64,000 bases of DNA from Octopus sinensis (GCF_006345805.1 NC_043004.1:88908001-88972000); one strand, 5' to 3'. Shown: positions 14,628 to 26,185, counted from the stretch's first letter. Numbers and translations: made by a program. Notes: generated by a model from the letters alone, not told the origin.

Positions 14628-15562
14628 GACGTCTTCTTCAGTTTCCGTCTACCAAATCCATTCACAAGGCTTTGGTCAGCCCGAGGCTATAGTAGAAGAC
14701 ACTACCCCAAGGTGTCACACAGTGGGACTGAACCTGGAACCATGTGGTTGGGAAGCAACAGCTGCGCCTATGCTTCTGGATTACTATCTTATAAACTTTG
14801 ATACCATTAACAACCACCGGTCCATCTTTTACGTTATTGTACTTTCATTAGCTTGGCTTTTGCATTGTCCTCAGCCAATTTTTGTTTGTCTGCATTCCAT
14901 TTCCCTTCGATTGACATTGGATTCTAGGGAACTGGTCCGGTCTTGGAACTAACTTTCTGTATCCATTACAGGCCTATTTTTGCGTATTTTCCCCATTATA
15001 TATTAGGGTGTGGTGGGCTCTCTGGTCAGTGGTAGAATCGTAGGGGCGCCGTCAAGTAATACAGCTTGGTTTGGGCATTTTCAACCTGACGTAACTCATC
15101 CCCCTCCAGGAATGATCACAGCCGATTTCTTTCAGAAACATAAGAACTATAAAATGAGAGAGGAAGAAACAACTCCGGAATTTCACTGATGTTTTATCTA
15201 TCGACACAGAATGGCGGGAAAGCAAAGCTGACCTTGGTTGGATATGAACTCAAACTCCACAGTCAAAGAGGCAATATGTGTATGAGTGTGTATGTATGTA
15301 TGTATTATGTATGTATGTATGTATGTATGTATGTATGTATGTATGTATGTTCGAGGTTTAGCATTTTAACTGGCCATATCTGGCTCAAATATCTACCTGT
15401 TTTATATTCAAAGTGGTTAGATCCAGCCTCTCACACCTACTCCACAATGTTAATCTAAAAATAAACAATCACACCATTGAAATCTCGAAGCTTCGAAATA
15501 ATGCATGATTAATTCAAAACAATGCGAATAAATAAACATTACATTTGACAGAATGATCTGAA

Positions 15563-16640
15563 CACTAAAGGATCAATGGAAACAACTTGGAAAGCAGAAG
15601 TTTGTTATTTAATATGGAGTTGGTCCACCTTTGACATCAATTACAGCTTTAATACATTAAGAAATTGACTCGTACAGGTTTTGAACAGTTGAAAGAATTC
15701 TGGAACATTCTTCAAGTAAAACTTGTTTTAGTTCTTTCAGTGACGATGGTGGAAGGAAGTGTCTCCTCAGCTACTGCTCCAAAAATTCCCCATAAATGTT
15801 CGATTATGTTGAGATCCGGTGATTGTGGAGGCCAATCCAAGTGATCTACTTCACTCCTCTACTCTTTGTACCAATTTTGAATAACATTAGCCGTGTTATT
15901 ATCGTGGAATATTGTGCTAGTATCGTAGAACCAATGTTTGTACTGTATGGTGGACATGATCAGCCAAAATACTCAGATTATTCTGGGTGTTATCTTCGTC
16001 GTGTATAACAGCTGAAGAGCCAAGAGATTTCTGTGATAAGGCTGCCCAAATCATCACAGAGCCATTTCCATGATTCACGGTAGTGACCAAACAGCCAGTG
16101 TTGAAGACTTCCTTCTTTAAACTATTTCTAGACGTAAACTTGCCCCAAACAGGGAAACAGAGTAAACCATGATTCATCAGAGAAGATAGCATTTCCACTG
16201 AAGCATTGACCATTTCTGATAGTCTAAATACTACGTTTTTTCGGTTATCAATGTTGATGGGAGACAGCAGAAGTTTAGCAATAGCAACCCTCTCATAATG
16301 TCCAGTTTTATGGAGTTCACAACGAAGGTTTTAGTTTGGCAATGGGTAAATTAGCTCTACTATCGCTTTTGCTGCTGTAGTTTAGTGGTTTTTAGACAAA
16401 ACCCGTTTCACTATTATACGAGACCTCTCTATGAGCTTTACCTTCCGTCCAGAATTATATTTGTCAAATTTGGTTATACTTTGATTTTTGGAATGACATG
16501 ATTTTGAAGACTCCACCTCTCGAAACATTAAATAATTCAATAGTTTTATTGACTAAAGCTCCAGTCATCCATACTTCAACAATTTTCTCCCTTTGGAAAT
16601 CAGATACGAGCGCATTTTATATAAATATCAATAGCTGCAA
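15563..16640 (-). mobile_element. Degenerate Tc1/mariner DNA transposon (DD34E transposase relic)
   Basis: CLVTTVNHGNGSVMIWAA, FHDN and DWPPQSPDLNIIEHLWE (about 15790-15838) are Tc1 transposase motifs. Frames are broken and the boundaries are approximate. Confidence 0.8.
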
Positions 16641-16995
16641 GAAAAATAATGAGAGAATATATCATGAAGAGCTCTCATAATTCATATATACATATATAAA
16701 GACTAGAACAGTTTTGAATGTTATATTGCTAATCCTTTATCTTTTATCTTTAATTTGTTTCAGTTATTAAACTGCGGCCATGCTGGAGCACCATCTTGAA
16801 GGGTTTGGCCGGAGGAATCGGCTCCAGTACTTGTTTTTTTAAGCCTGATACTTATTCGATTGCACTCTTTTGCTAGACTGCTAAGTTATGGAGACGTAAT
16901 CAAACCAACACCGATTCTCAAGTCATAGGGATACAAGCACAAACACGCACATATCATGTAGACAGACAGGCAGGCAGGCAGACAGACAGGCAGGC

Positions 16996-17051
<56 letters not shown>

Positions 17052-17699
17052 GGACGGACGGACGGACGGACGGATGGACGGACGACGGATGGACGGACAG
17101 ATGGACGACGGACGGATGGACGACGGACGGACGGACGGATGGTTGGATGGATGGATGGATAGATAGATAGTAGTTCCGTGGCAGCGTAGGATATGTAATC
17201 TCATCAGATTTTAAATGTATGTATGTATGTATTCATGTATATATGTATGCATGTATGCCTGTATGTATGTGTGTGTGCGTGTGCGTGTGTATACGACAGG
17301 CTTCCACACAGTTTCTGTCTGTCTACTCACAAGGCACTGATTGACCAGGGCTAGAGTGAAAGATATTTGCCCAAGGTGCCGCACAATGAGACTGAGCCCT
17401 AAACCACGTGACTACAAAGCGAACTCCCTTAACCACACGACCATGGCTGCGCCTATAAACAAAATTTAAAATTTTGTTATTCAAATCTTAGATTATTAAC
17501 AACTGCCTTCAAGAAATATAATCATTTTTGTCCATACAGAATCGCAATTGTCTCTTACGTTATCAATGCGTCTGTTCCTATCTTTGTATTTCTTCTTTTG
17601 TCTGCTTTCTTCTCTCGGGATAAATGTTTGCGATACGATTCTTGTTTAGAACTGTTGTAATCAACACATTGTTGGTAACAGAAGTGAAAGAGTTCTGTT

Positions 17700-18383
17700 T
17701 ATGTATGTATGTATATATCGATGTATGTATGTTTCAGTTTCTGTTTTCCAGTTTCAGCTCTTATGTATGTATGTATGTATGTATGTACGTATGTATGTAT
17801 GTATGTACGTATGTACGTATGTATGTTATGTATGCTATGTATGTATGTATGTATGTATGTATGTATGTATGTATGTACGTATGTACTATGTATGTATGTA
17901 GTATGTATATGTGAGTATATATATATGTGTGTGTGAATGTGATTGTGTATATATGTATGTATGTATGTATGTAGGTATAATGTATGTATGTATGTATGAT
18001 GATGTATGTATGTATGTACGTATGTGTGTATGTATGTACGTATGTACGTATGTACGTATACGTATGTATGTATGTATGTATGTATGTATGTACGTATGTA
18101 CGTATGTATGTATGTATGTATGTATGTATATGTGAGTATATATATATGTGTGTGTGAATGTGTGTATATGTATGTATGTATGTATGTATGTATAATGTAT
18201 GTATGTATGTATGTATGTATGTATGTATGTATGTACGTATGTGTGTATGTATGTACGTATGTACGTATGTACGTACGTATGTATGTATGTATGTATGTAT
18301 GTATGTACGTATGTACGTATGTATGTATGTATGTATGTATGTGTATATGTGTATGTATATATATATGTGTGTGTGAATGTGTG

Positions 18384-18417
<34 letters not shown>

Positions 18418-18596
18418 TTAATGTATGTATGTATGTATGTATCTATGTATGTATGTATGTGCGTATGTATGTATGTATGTACGTATGTACGTATGTACGT
18501 ACGTACGTACGTACGTATGTATGTATGTATGTATGTATGTATGTACGTATGTACGTATTATGTATGTATGTATGTATGTGTATATGTGAATGTGCG

Positions 18597-18627
<31 letters not shown>

Positions 18628-19134
18628 TAATGTATGTATGTATTATGTATGTATGTATGTATGTATGTATGTATGTATGTATGTATGTATGTATGTATTG
18701 TGTATGTATGTGTATGTGTATGTGTTATTATTGTTATCTTTCCTATATCTCTGGAACCACTATCTTAATTTACTTACATTATATAAGTTTAACAAAACCA
18801 GCTGAAGACACTCCGAGAACAAATTGCAGCATCCATTTAATACCCGCTTGATTCCTTGAGTTAAGAAACAAAAGCCATTTTCGTGGATGAAGTCTCAACT
18901 GAAAGAAACACAAACATCACAGACTGAAATCAGAATAACAAGATTGAAATAATCTGCTGACCTGATGGACAGCAATGAATTGACCAGAGATGAATTGCTA
19001 TGTATGATGCGTGTGTGAGAGTATGTATGCGTATATATGCGTGTGTGAGAGTATGTATGCGTATATATGCGTGTGTGTGTGTGTGTGTGTGAGTGTGAGT
19101 GTATGCGTGCGTGTCTGCGTGTATATATATCTAT

Positions 19135-19165
<31 letters not shown>

Positions 19166-19500
19166 ATCTCTATGTGTTTGCATATCAGTATGTATATCAG
19201 TGTGTGTGTGTGCTGTATTTGTGTGTGTGAGTGTATGCGTGCATGCGTGCGTGTCTGCATGTATATATATATTTATTATGTATGTATGTATGTATGTATG
19301 TATGTATATCTCTGTATGTGTTTGCGTATCAGTATGTATATCAGTATGTGTGTGAGTGTGAGTGTATGCGCTCATGCGTGCGTGTCTGCGTGTATATGTA
19401 TCTATTATGTATGTATGTATATATGTATGTATGTATATCTCTGTATGTGTTTGCGTATCAGTATGTATATCAGTGCGTGTGTGTGTGTGTGTGGTGTGTG
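17700..19500. repeat. Compound (TATG)n microsatellite with higher-order repeat structure
   Basis: Recurring interruptions at about 215-230 bp spacing (17700-18720) and about 130 bp spacing (19100-19480). Confidence 0.85.
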
Positions 19501-20205
19501 CGTGCGTGTATGTGTGCGTGTTTAACAGAAATATCACTTAAGAGACGAAATACCTTAGTACCGTGTGTGTCTGAGTGTATATATGTGTGTACCCACATAG
19601 AAGTGTGTGTTAGTGTGTACATGTATCTATATGTGTATGTGTGTGCGTGTGACAATTTGTGTGCGTCAGTCTGTCTGTATCTGTGTGTGTCTGTGCGTGT
19701 ATCTGTATGTGTATGTATGTGCGTGTGTCTGTGTGTATGCCTACACATGAGTGCGTGTGTGCATGTGTGTGTATGTGTGTATGTCTGTGTGCGTGCGAAT
19801 TTCTGTGTCTGCGTGCACGCGTATTTAAGAGAAATATCTCAGGAGGAACCAATGGCCATAAATTTGAATAACTAAATTTAAGTGTTATGTACCACATAAC
19901 ACAATAAATTCTTGATTTTTAAATATTTTCATGGGAACCAAAAACACAAAACCCTGGCGGCCACTATTAGCAACTCTTATGAAGGAAGGGAGGTAATTTC
20001 GAGAAATTAAGAATAAATTTCCATCTCTATTTCATACGTACTTAGTACAAATGAATGACATCGAAAGTAATTTCACTGCTAAAAAGAACTACCCCCACCG
20101 TGCAACAATTTATGCGAGTGTCTTTTACAATAGACCCGGACTGGCGTTTACCTGCGACTGAATTTGGTACACGCAAACTGTGGAAGACCATCGTGAGTGT
20201 GTGTA

Positions 20206-20236
<31 letters not shown>

Positions 20237-20244
20237 AGATATAG

Positions 20245-20307
<63 letters not shown>

Positions 20308-20324
20308 TGTGTGTATGAAAAATG

Positions 20325-20520
20325 TGACCGCGTGTGTACCGTTGGCGGTTTTCTTCCTCCGTCTTTCCTTCTTTGGATCTTACCTTTTCCTGTTTCTGAC
20401 GAAGAGGTCCGCTCGAAACGTTAAACCCTCCTTCTTTCCTGAGCGTCAAATAACACTATACTTGTTCCAAGTCCTCGTGTTGTTGTGTTTTCTCTTTGTC
20501 TTTTCATGTTTGGATTAACT
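20325..20520 (+). mobile_element. ~195-bp short interspersed element carrying a minimal hammerhead (20392-20426), Penelope-like/retrozyme-type
   Basis: GTTT CTGACGA A GAG-gtccg-CTC GAAA CGT T AAAC. A homologous copy lies at 58087-58283. The element ends in (AT)n. Confidence 0.65.
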
Positions 20521-20548
20521 ATATATATATATATATGTGTGTGTATGT

Positions 20549-20586
<38 letters not shown>

Positions 20587-21328
20587 AGGAGAAGGAACAG
20601 ACAGAGTTGATAACAGAAGCTGCCAGGGTTTTGTGTTTTTGGTTCACATGAAGATATTTAAAAATCAAGAATTTATTGTGTGCGCTATGTAGTACATAGC
20701 ACTTAAGTTTAGTTGTTCAAATTTATGCCATTGGTTCCTCCTGGAACATTTCCCTTTAACATGCGTGAACGCAGACACAAAAATCCGCATGCACACAGAC
20801 ATACACACATACACACGCATGTACACTCGCACATTGTCACACGCACACACACACACGCGCGCGCGCTATCACAAGCACATACATACGCATACAGATACAC
20901 GCGCACTTACGCACCCACATGTAGACACGCACACTGCCACATGCCCACACATACGCATACAGATACACGCACTCATATGTAGGCACAGACACAGATACTG
21001 TTACACGCACATACATACACATACAAATACACGTACTCACATGTAGGCGCAGACACACACACACATATATCTCACATATGTTCTCTCTCTCCTCTCTTTC
21101 TTTCTCTCTCCCCCTCTCTCTCTTTATATATATATATATATATATATATAAATGTGTAACAAAGATGTATAAGTGTCAATTCATTACGGCCGTTTCGAGC
21201 GACTCCTTTTAATTGATCAATGAAAGCATTATATCATTACAAAGAAAAACATTTCATCAGATGACAGCAAACCTGAAGTATAAAGGGCAAGTGAGATATT
21301 TAAACATATTATATATATATATATATTA

Positions 21329-21371
<43 letters not shown>

Positions 21372-21458
21372 TTGATACTGGACATCCTTGTTACTTATTT
21401 GCTTTTTATTCACCTAACTTCGAGCTGTACCTAATTCAAATGAATCTTAATTACCACA

Positions 21459-21531
<73 letters not shown>

Positions 21532-21534
21532 CAA

Positions 21535-22301
21535 TTTAGGAGTGACCCTAACAGGTCATTCGTCCACCAGAAAGAGCAGCCATAACTCACACCGCCAAGA
21601 GTAGTAGTAATTCAGAAATTAGGTGAAAATTTAAAAACATTTACCCCAATTCATCTTTTAGACGTTGCAACGTTCTGTGTCATTAATGATTAAATTAGCT
21701 TAATTAAATTAAATTAAGCCAATCTAACCATAGGTTACACTTCATCAGTAAAAAACCTGGGAGAGACAAATTACACGAGGCGTCTGTATCGATGCCTACG
21801 GAATATAGTCTTAAAATTTTCAAGACTGACGTATTCGCGCCAAACTTATCAGCAGTAAATATAAACTGCCGATTCAATCTCAGAATATTCAGAAAATTAT
21901 CAATTAGTCAATTTAGGGTAGCAAAAAAATTCAATAGAAATTTATCGCTACCAGCGGCCTGGTGGAAAAGAGAAAATAGTCAACGACTAAATATATATAA
22001 TATAACATTTAGGAGTGACCCTAACAGGTCATTCGTCCACCAGAAAGAGCAGCCATAACTCACACCGCCAAGTAGTAGTAATTCAGAAATTAGGTGAAAA
22101 TTTAAAAACATTTACCCCAATTCATCTTTTAGACGTTGCAACGTTTCTGTGTCATTAATGATTAAATTAGCTTAATTAAATTAAATTAAGCCAATCTACC
22201 ATAGGTTACACTTCATCAGTAAAAAACCTGGGAGAGACAAATATACACGAGGCGTCTGTATCGATGCCTACGGAATATAGTCTTAAAATTTTCAAGACTG
22301 A
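21535..22301 (-). mobile_element. Tandem direct repeat (two ~295-bp units, 178-bp spacer), each unit carrying a hammerhead motif; retrozyme-like or Penelope pseudo-LTR-like
   Basis: Units 21535-21829 and 22008-22301 are nearly identical. HHR motifs lie at 21656-21753 and 22127-22224 on the minus strand. (AT)n flanks both ends. Confidence 0.7.
22127..22224 (-). ncRNA. Type I hammerhead motif, GUC site, A.A at base of stem II
   Basis: TTTTA CTGATGA A GTGT...ACAC A GAAA CGTTGCAACGT C TAAAA. 12-nt palindromic stem III, 5-bp stem I, inner 14-bp hairpin. Confidence 0.7.
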
Positions 22302-22322
22302 AAATATATATATTTATATATA

Positions 22323-22710
22323 GGCGCAGGCGTGGCTGTGCGCTAAGAAGCTCGCTTCCCAACTACATGGTTCCGGGTTCAGTCACACAGCGTAACACCT
22401 TGGGCAAGTGTTTTCTACTATAGCCTCGGGCCGGCCAAAGCCTTGTGGGTGGATTTGGTGGACGGAAACTGAAAGAATCCCGTCGTGTGGGGTTGGATGT
22501 GGATGTGTGTTTGTCCTCCTCCCCGCCATCGCTTGACAACCGATGCTGGTGTGTTTACGTTTCCTAAACTTAATGGTTCGGCAAAAGAGACCGATAAAAT
22601 AAGTACTAGACTTGCAAAGAATAAGTCCTGGAGTCGATTTATTCGACTGAAGGCGGTACTCCAGCATGGCCGCGGTCAAATGGCCGAAACAAGTAAAAGA
22701 ATAAAAGAAT
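22323..22710 (+). mobile_element. tRNA-derived SINE family 1 (~400 bp), representative copy
   Basis: tRNA-like head GGCGCAGGCGTGGCTGTG...GGTTCAGTC and an AAAAGAGT-type tail. Other copies or fragments at about 690-1082, 5085-5350, 6095-6350, 9757-9995, 14300-14770, 16740-17455, 39748-40128, 42693-43106, 45810-46230, 52060-52330 and 62055-62310. Confidence 0.85.
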
Positions 22711-23328
22711 ATATGTATGTGTCTCCCCACCACACCACTTGACAACCGATGTTTGTTTGTTTACGTCCCCGTAATCTAGCAGTTCAAAAAAAGAAACCGA
22801 TAGAAAAAGTACCAGACTTAATTTGTTTCTTCGTCTAAAACCCTTCAAGGCGATGCTCCAGCATGGCTGCAGTTCAACGACTAAAACAAAACAAAAAGAT
22901 AAAAGTTGTACAGAATGGGAACATTTCCTGATGTTTGCCTCTATGCTTAGTTTTACAAAGTCGACAGACAAATATTCATGTTTGCTTTTGTTTATGGGAT
23001 AATACGGTTGGTGGTGATCATTGCGGAAACATTCGATTACACAACCCCCGCCCCCCACCACCTCTCCATTGACAAGAATTACAGTCAGAAAAGTCAAATG
23101 CTGCTGGGCTGCTAGCATAATGAGAGAGATGTGCATGATCCCTGAATAGAAAAGATGAAAGCGTTCCCAAAAGAAGAATGACATTAAAAGAACCTTTCAT
23201 TTGAATTTTTAAACTGTTCTGTATTTTTCTGAGTTTGTCAATTATTTTATTTATTAAATACAATTATTTGAAAGATATTAATCAAATTGAACATGAAATT
23301 GTTTTTGTTCTATTTTTCTTCTCTCTCT

Positions 23329-23364
<36 letters not shown>

Positions 23365-24115
23365 CGCTCTCTCATCATAGAAATACAAACACTGAAGTCA
23401 TCACCTGGCTCTAGTTAAAAGTTGCATCATGTAAAAAAAAGTAAGTTGAATTCTGCAGGGATCAACTTTGTCTTTCATCTTTTCGAGGTTAATAAAACAA
23501 AATACCAGCAAAAAACCGGGATCGATGCAAGCGATTAGCCCTCTCCTCTTGTGTCCTGTGTCAAATCAGAAGAAATTATATAAATTGTTCGTCATGCGCT
23601 AAACCAGAAACTTGATACAAAGACTAAATACAAAACTAAACTTACTTCCAAAAATATCAATGACAGATGGAAAGGAAGATTGTTTGCTTTTTGTAGCTCA
23701 GCACCAAAAATCACATATTAACAAAGCAAAAAGAAAAAATCAGAATCGATTCTTCTGATGAGCTTCCACACACCATACATCTACCATATCTCATTCACAA
23801 TGCTTTGAACGACCTGATGTTATGATATAAAACACTTACCGAGAGGTGAATCAACCTGCAAACAAACATAGTTATGAAGCAAACCGTTTCACCACATAAA
23901 TACTTTATCACCACAGGGCTATAAAAGGCAAAGTCGAACCAAACGACGTTTAAGTTTATTTCGTAAAAACTTTTTAAGTGCGGTATTACCGTTTTTCGTC
24001 CATCTTACATCTCATACACACTGGAAGATATACAATAAAATAATAGATGGTCAGACAGTTGTTAATGCCTTTAAAGCATTTATGAAGTAGTTTTACAGAA
24101 TTATTGTATATATAT

Positions 24116-24380
24116 AAACAATTGCAGGTGTTTTATAAGCCATTTAAAAACACTCAAAAACCGTTAGATTCACTTCAACGTTTAAATTTAATTTGCCAAA
24201 ATATTTTCGTCGCTTTGAGACCGCGACCTGTTCACTGACAAAATTCCTGTCAGTGAACAGGTCGCGGTCTCAAAGCAACGAAAATATTTTGGCAAATTAA
24301 ATTTAAATGTTGAAGTGAATCTAACGGATTTTGTATGCTTCTTAAATGGCTTATAAACACCTTCCAAGCTGCAATTGTTT
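24116..24380. repeat. Long near-perfect palindrome (~125-bp arms, 7-nt loop); each arm carries a G3:C8-variant hammerhead-like motif
   Basis: The arms are reverse complements around aaattcc (24241-24247). Motifs lie at 24192-24242 (-) and 24248-24294 (+). Confidence 0.85.
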
Positions 24381-24429
24381 TCGTTCCAGCACACGATCTC
24401 GGATCAGGTCACTTGCTATGCAAGTACAT

Positions 24430-24436
24430 CTGTATG

Positions 24437-24480
<44 letters not shown>

Positions 24481-24483
24481 ATA

Positions 24484-24536
<53 letters not shown>

Positions 24537-24541
24537 ATATG

Positions 24542-24572
<31 letters not shown>

Positions 24573-24620
24573 ATATATATATATAATATCATATATATAT
24601 ATATATCATATATATATATC

Positions 24621-24652
<32 letters not shown>

Positions 24653-24653
24653 T

Positions 24654-24702
<49 letters not shown>

Positions 24703-24721
24703 TATATATATATATACTATA

Positions 24722-24769
<48 letters not shown>

Positions 24770-24770
24770 T
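24430..24770. repeat. Interrupted (AT)n microsatellite
   Basis: Directly visible. Confidence 0.95.
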
Positions 24771-24960
24771 TAAGTAAATAAACAGAAAAATCAAGGATCG
24801 TTGTAGTTCTTTAAATAAGGTAAATATCCGGAGAGTTTATACCCGAGCCTCAATCCCGTCAGAACATTAACTGTACTTACCTATTATACTCATTTTTCGC
24901 GGTTTCTTACACTTTAACACGTATTCTTACACCTTAACACATATTCTTACATATTTTCAG

Positions 24961-25190
24961 GTACAACCACAGTTTTAACGATGACATTTCTTGGTCTGGA
25001 TATCCGCACAGACCTACCAAAAGTATCCTACGTCACAGCTCTTGATTATTATGTGGCTGTCTGCTTTGGTTTCGTCATTTCCACCATAATTCAGTTTGCA
25101 GTCGTACATTATTTCACGAAATATGGCACTGGCGATATGAATATGGTTTTTCAAACTTCTGACGACAGTGATGATAGTGGAGAGATCGGG
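24961..25190 (+). CDS. Penultimate coding exon (M2-M3 and start of intracellular loop) of a Cys-loop GABA-gated ion channel subunit, GRD/CG8916-like (GABA receptor alpha-like)
   Basis: Acceptor ttttcAG ends at 24960; donor GTAAGT at 25191. Translation (phase 1 start): (G)[83 protein letters not shown] is the GABA/Gly receptor M2 motif. TFLGL[16 protein letters not shown] and QFAVVHY-x-TKYG match the Drosophila GRD/CG8916-type subunits as I recall them. Confidence 0.93.
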
Positions 25191-25479
25191 GTAAGTATTA
25201 GCATTCGTTACGTGTTGTTTTTATATCGTTTTTTCTTTCTTCTTTTTCAAACCCGGATCGATTCTGATCAAACATGCCTTCAATCGAAGTGATTTCCTAC
25301 CGCGACCATTCATCATTTTGAAGATTGTATACTAATGAACTACATACTTCGATATGCTCTTAATTTGTTAAACGAGAGAGTGTGTTTGATTTGAGGAAAA
25401 CTTTGCTGTTTTAGTAAGTCAAATGGCCATGCAGGAGTCGCCGTATCGACGTAATCATGCGCACGCATACACACCCGTG

Positions 25480-25513
<34 letters not shown>

Positions 25514-25890
25514 TGTATGTATGTACGTATGTATGTATGTACGTATGTATGTATGTATGTATGTATGTGTGTGTATGTATGTATGTATGTATTATGTATG
25601 TATGTAATGTATGTATGTATGTATGTATGTATGTGTATGTATGTATTATGTATGTATGTATGTGTATGTATGTATGTATGTATGTATGTATGTATGCATG
25701 CATGCATGTATGTATGTATGCATGTATGTATGCATGTATGTATGTATGTATGTATGTATGCATGTATGTATGCATGTATGTATGTATGCATGCACGTATG
25801 TATGTATGCATGTATGTATGTATGCATGTATGTATGTATGTATGTATGCATGCATGTATGTATGTATGTATGTATGTGTGTATGTATACT
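25480..25890. repeat. (TATG)n/(CATG) microsatellite in the last intron
   Basis: Directly visible. Confidence 0.95.
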
Positions 25891-26185
25891 TTCGTGTACA
25901 CACGAATGATCTCTTAAATAAATGAATATAGAGTCCACCATTTCAGAAGTTGAAATTCCATTTTGATAACACTCCACCTTTACCTTCGTAATTCGCATTT
26001 CAGTAAACTTAATTTCAAATCTAAAGGCGGAATAATTTTGGAAATCGCCAATGAATTGTTAGAGCGTTCAATAAATGGTTCCACATTCCTTGCATCAAAT
26101 GAAGCATAAAATTTATTTTTCTTTGATCTACTTACCACCATCTACATGATGCTGTTACCAAGGACAATAAAAAACTGAACCGGAA

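Noticed and set aside
20040-20195. Possible exon ending at GTGAGT
   Set aside because: No frame resembles a Cys-loop receptor, and the apparent donor is the start of a GT microsatellite.
1-24960. Upstream exons (M1, Cys-loop) of the GABA receptor gene
   Set aside because: I scanned by eye for SWVSFW, DRV-x-LG and YIP-type motifs and found none; they probably lie outside the window, though a small exon could have been missed.
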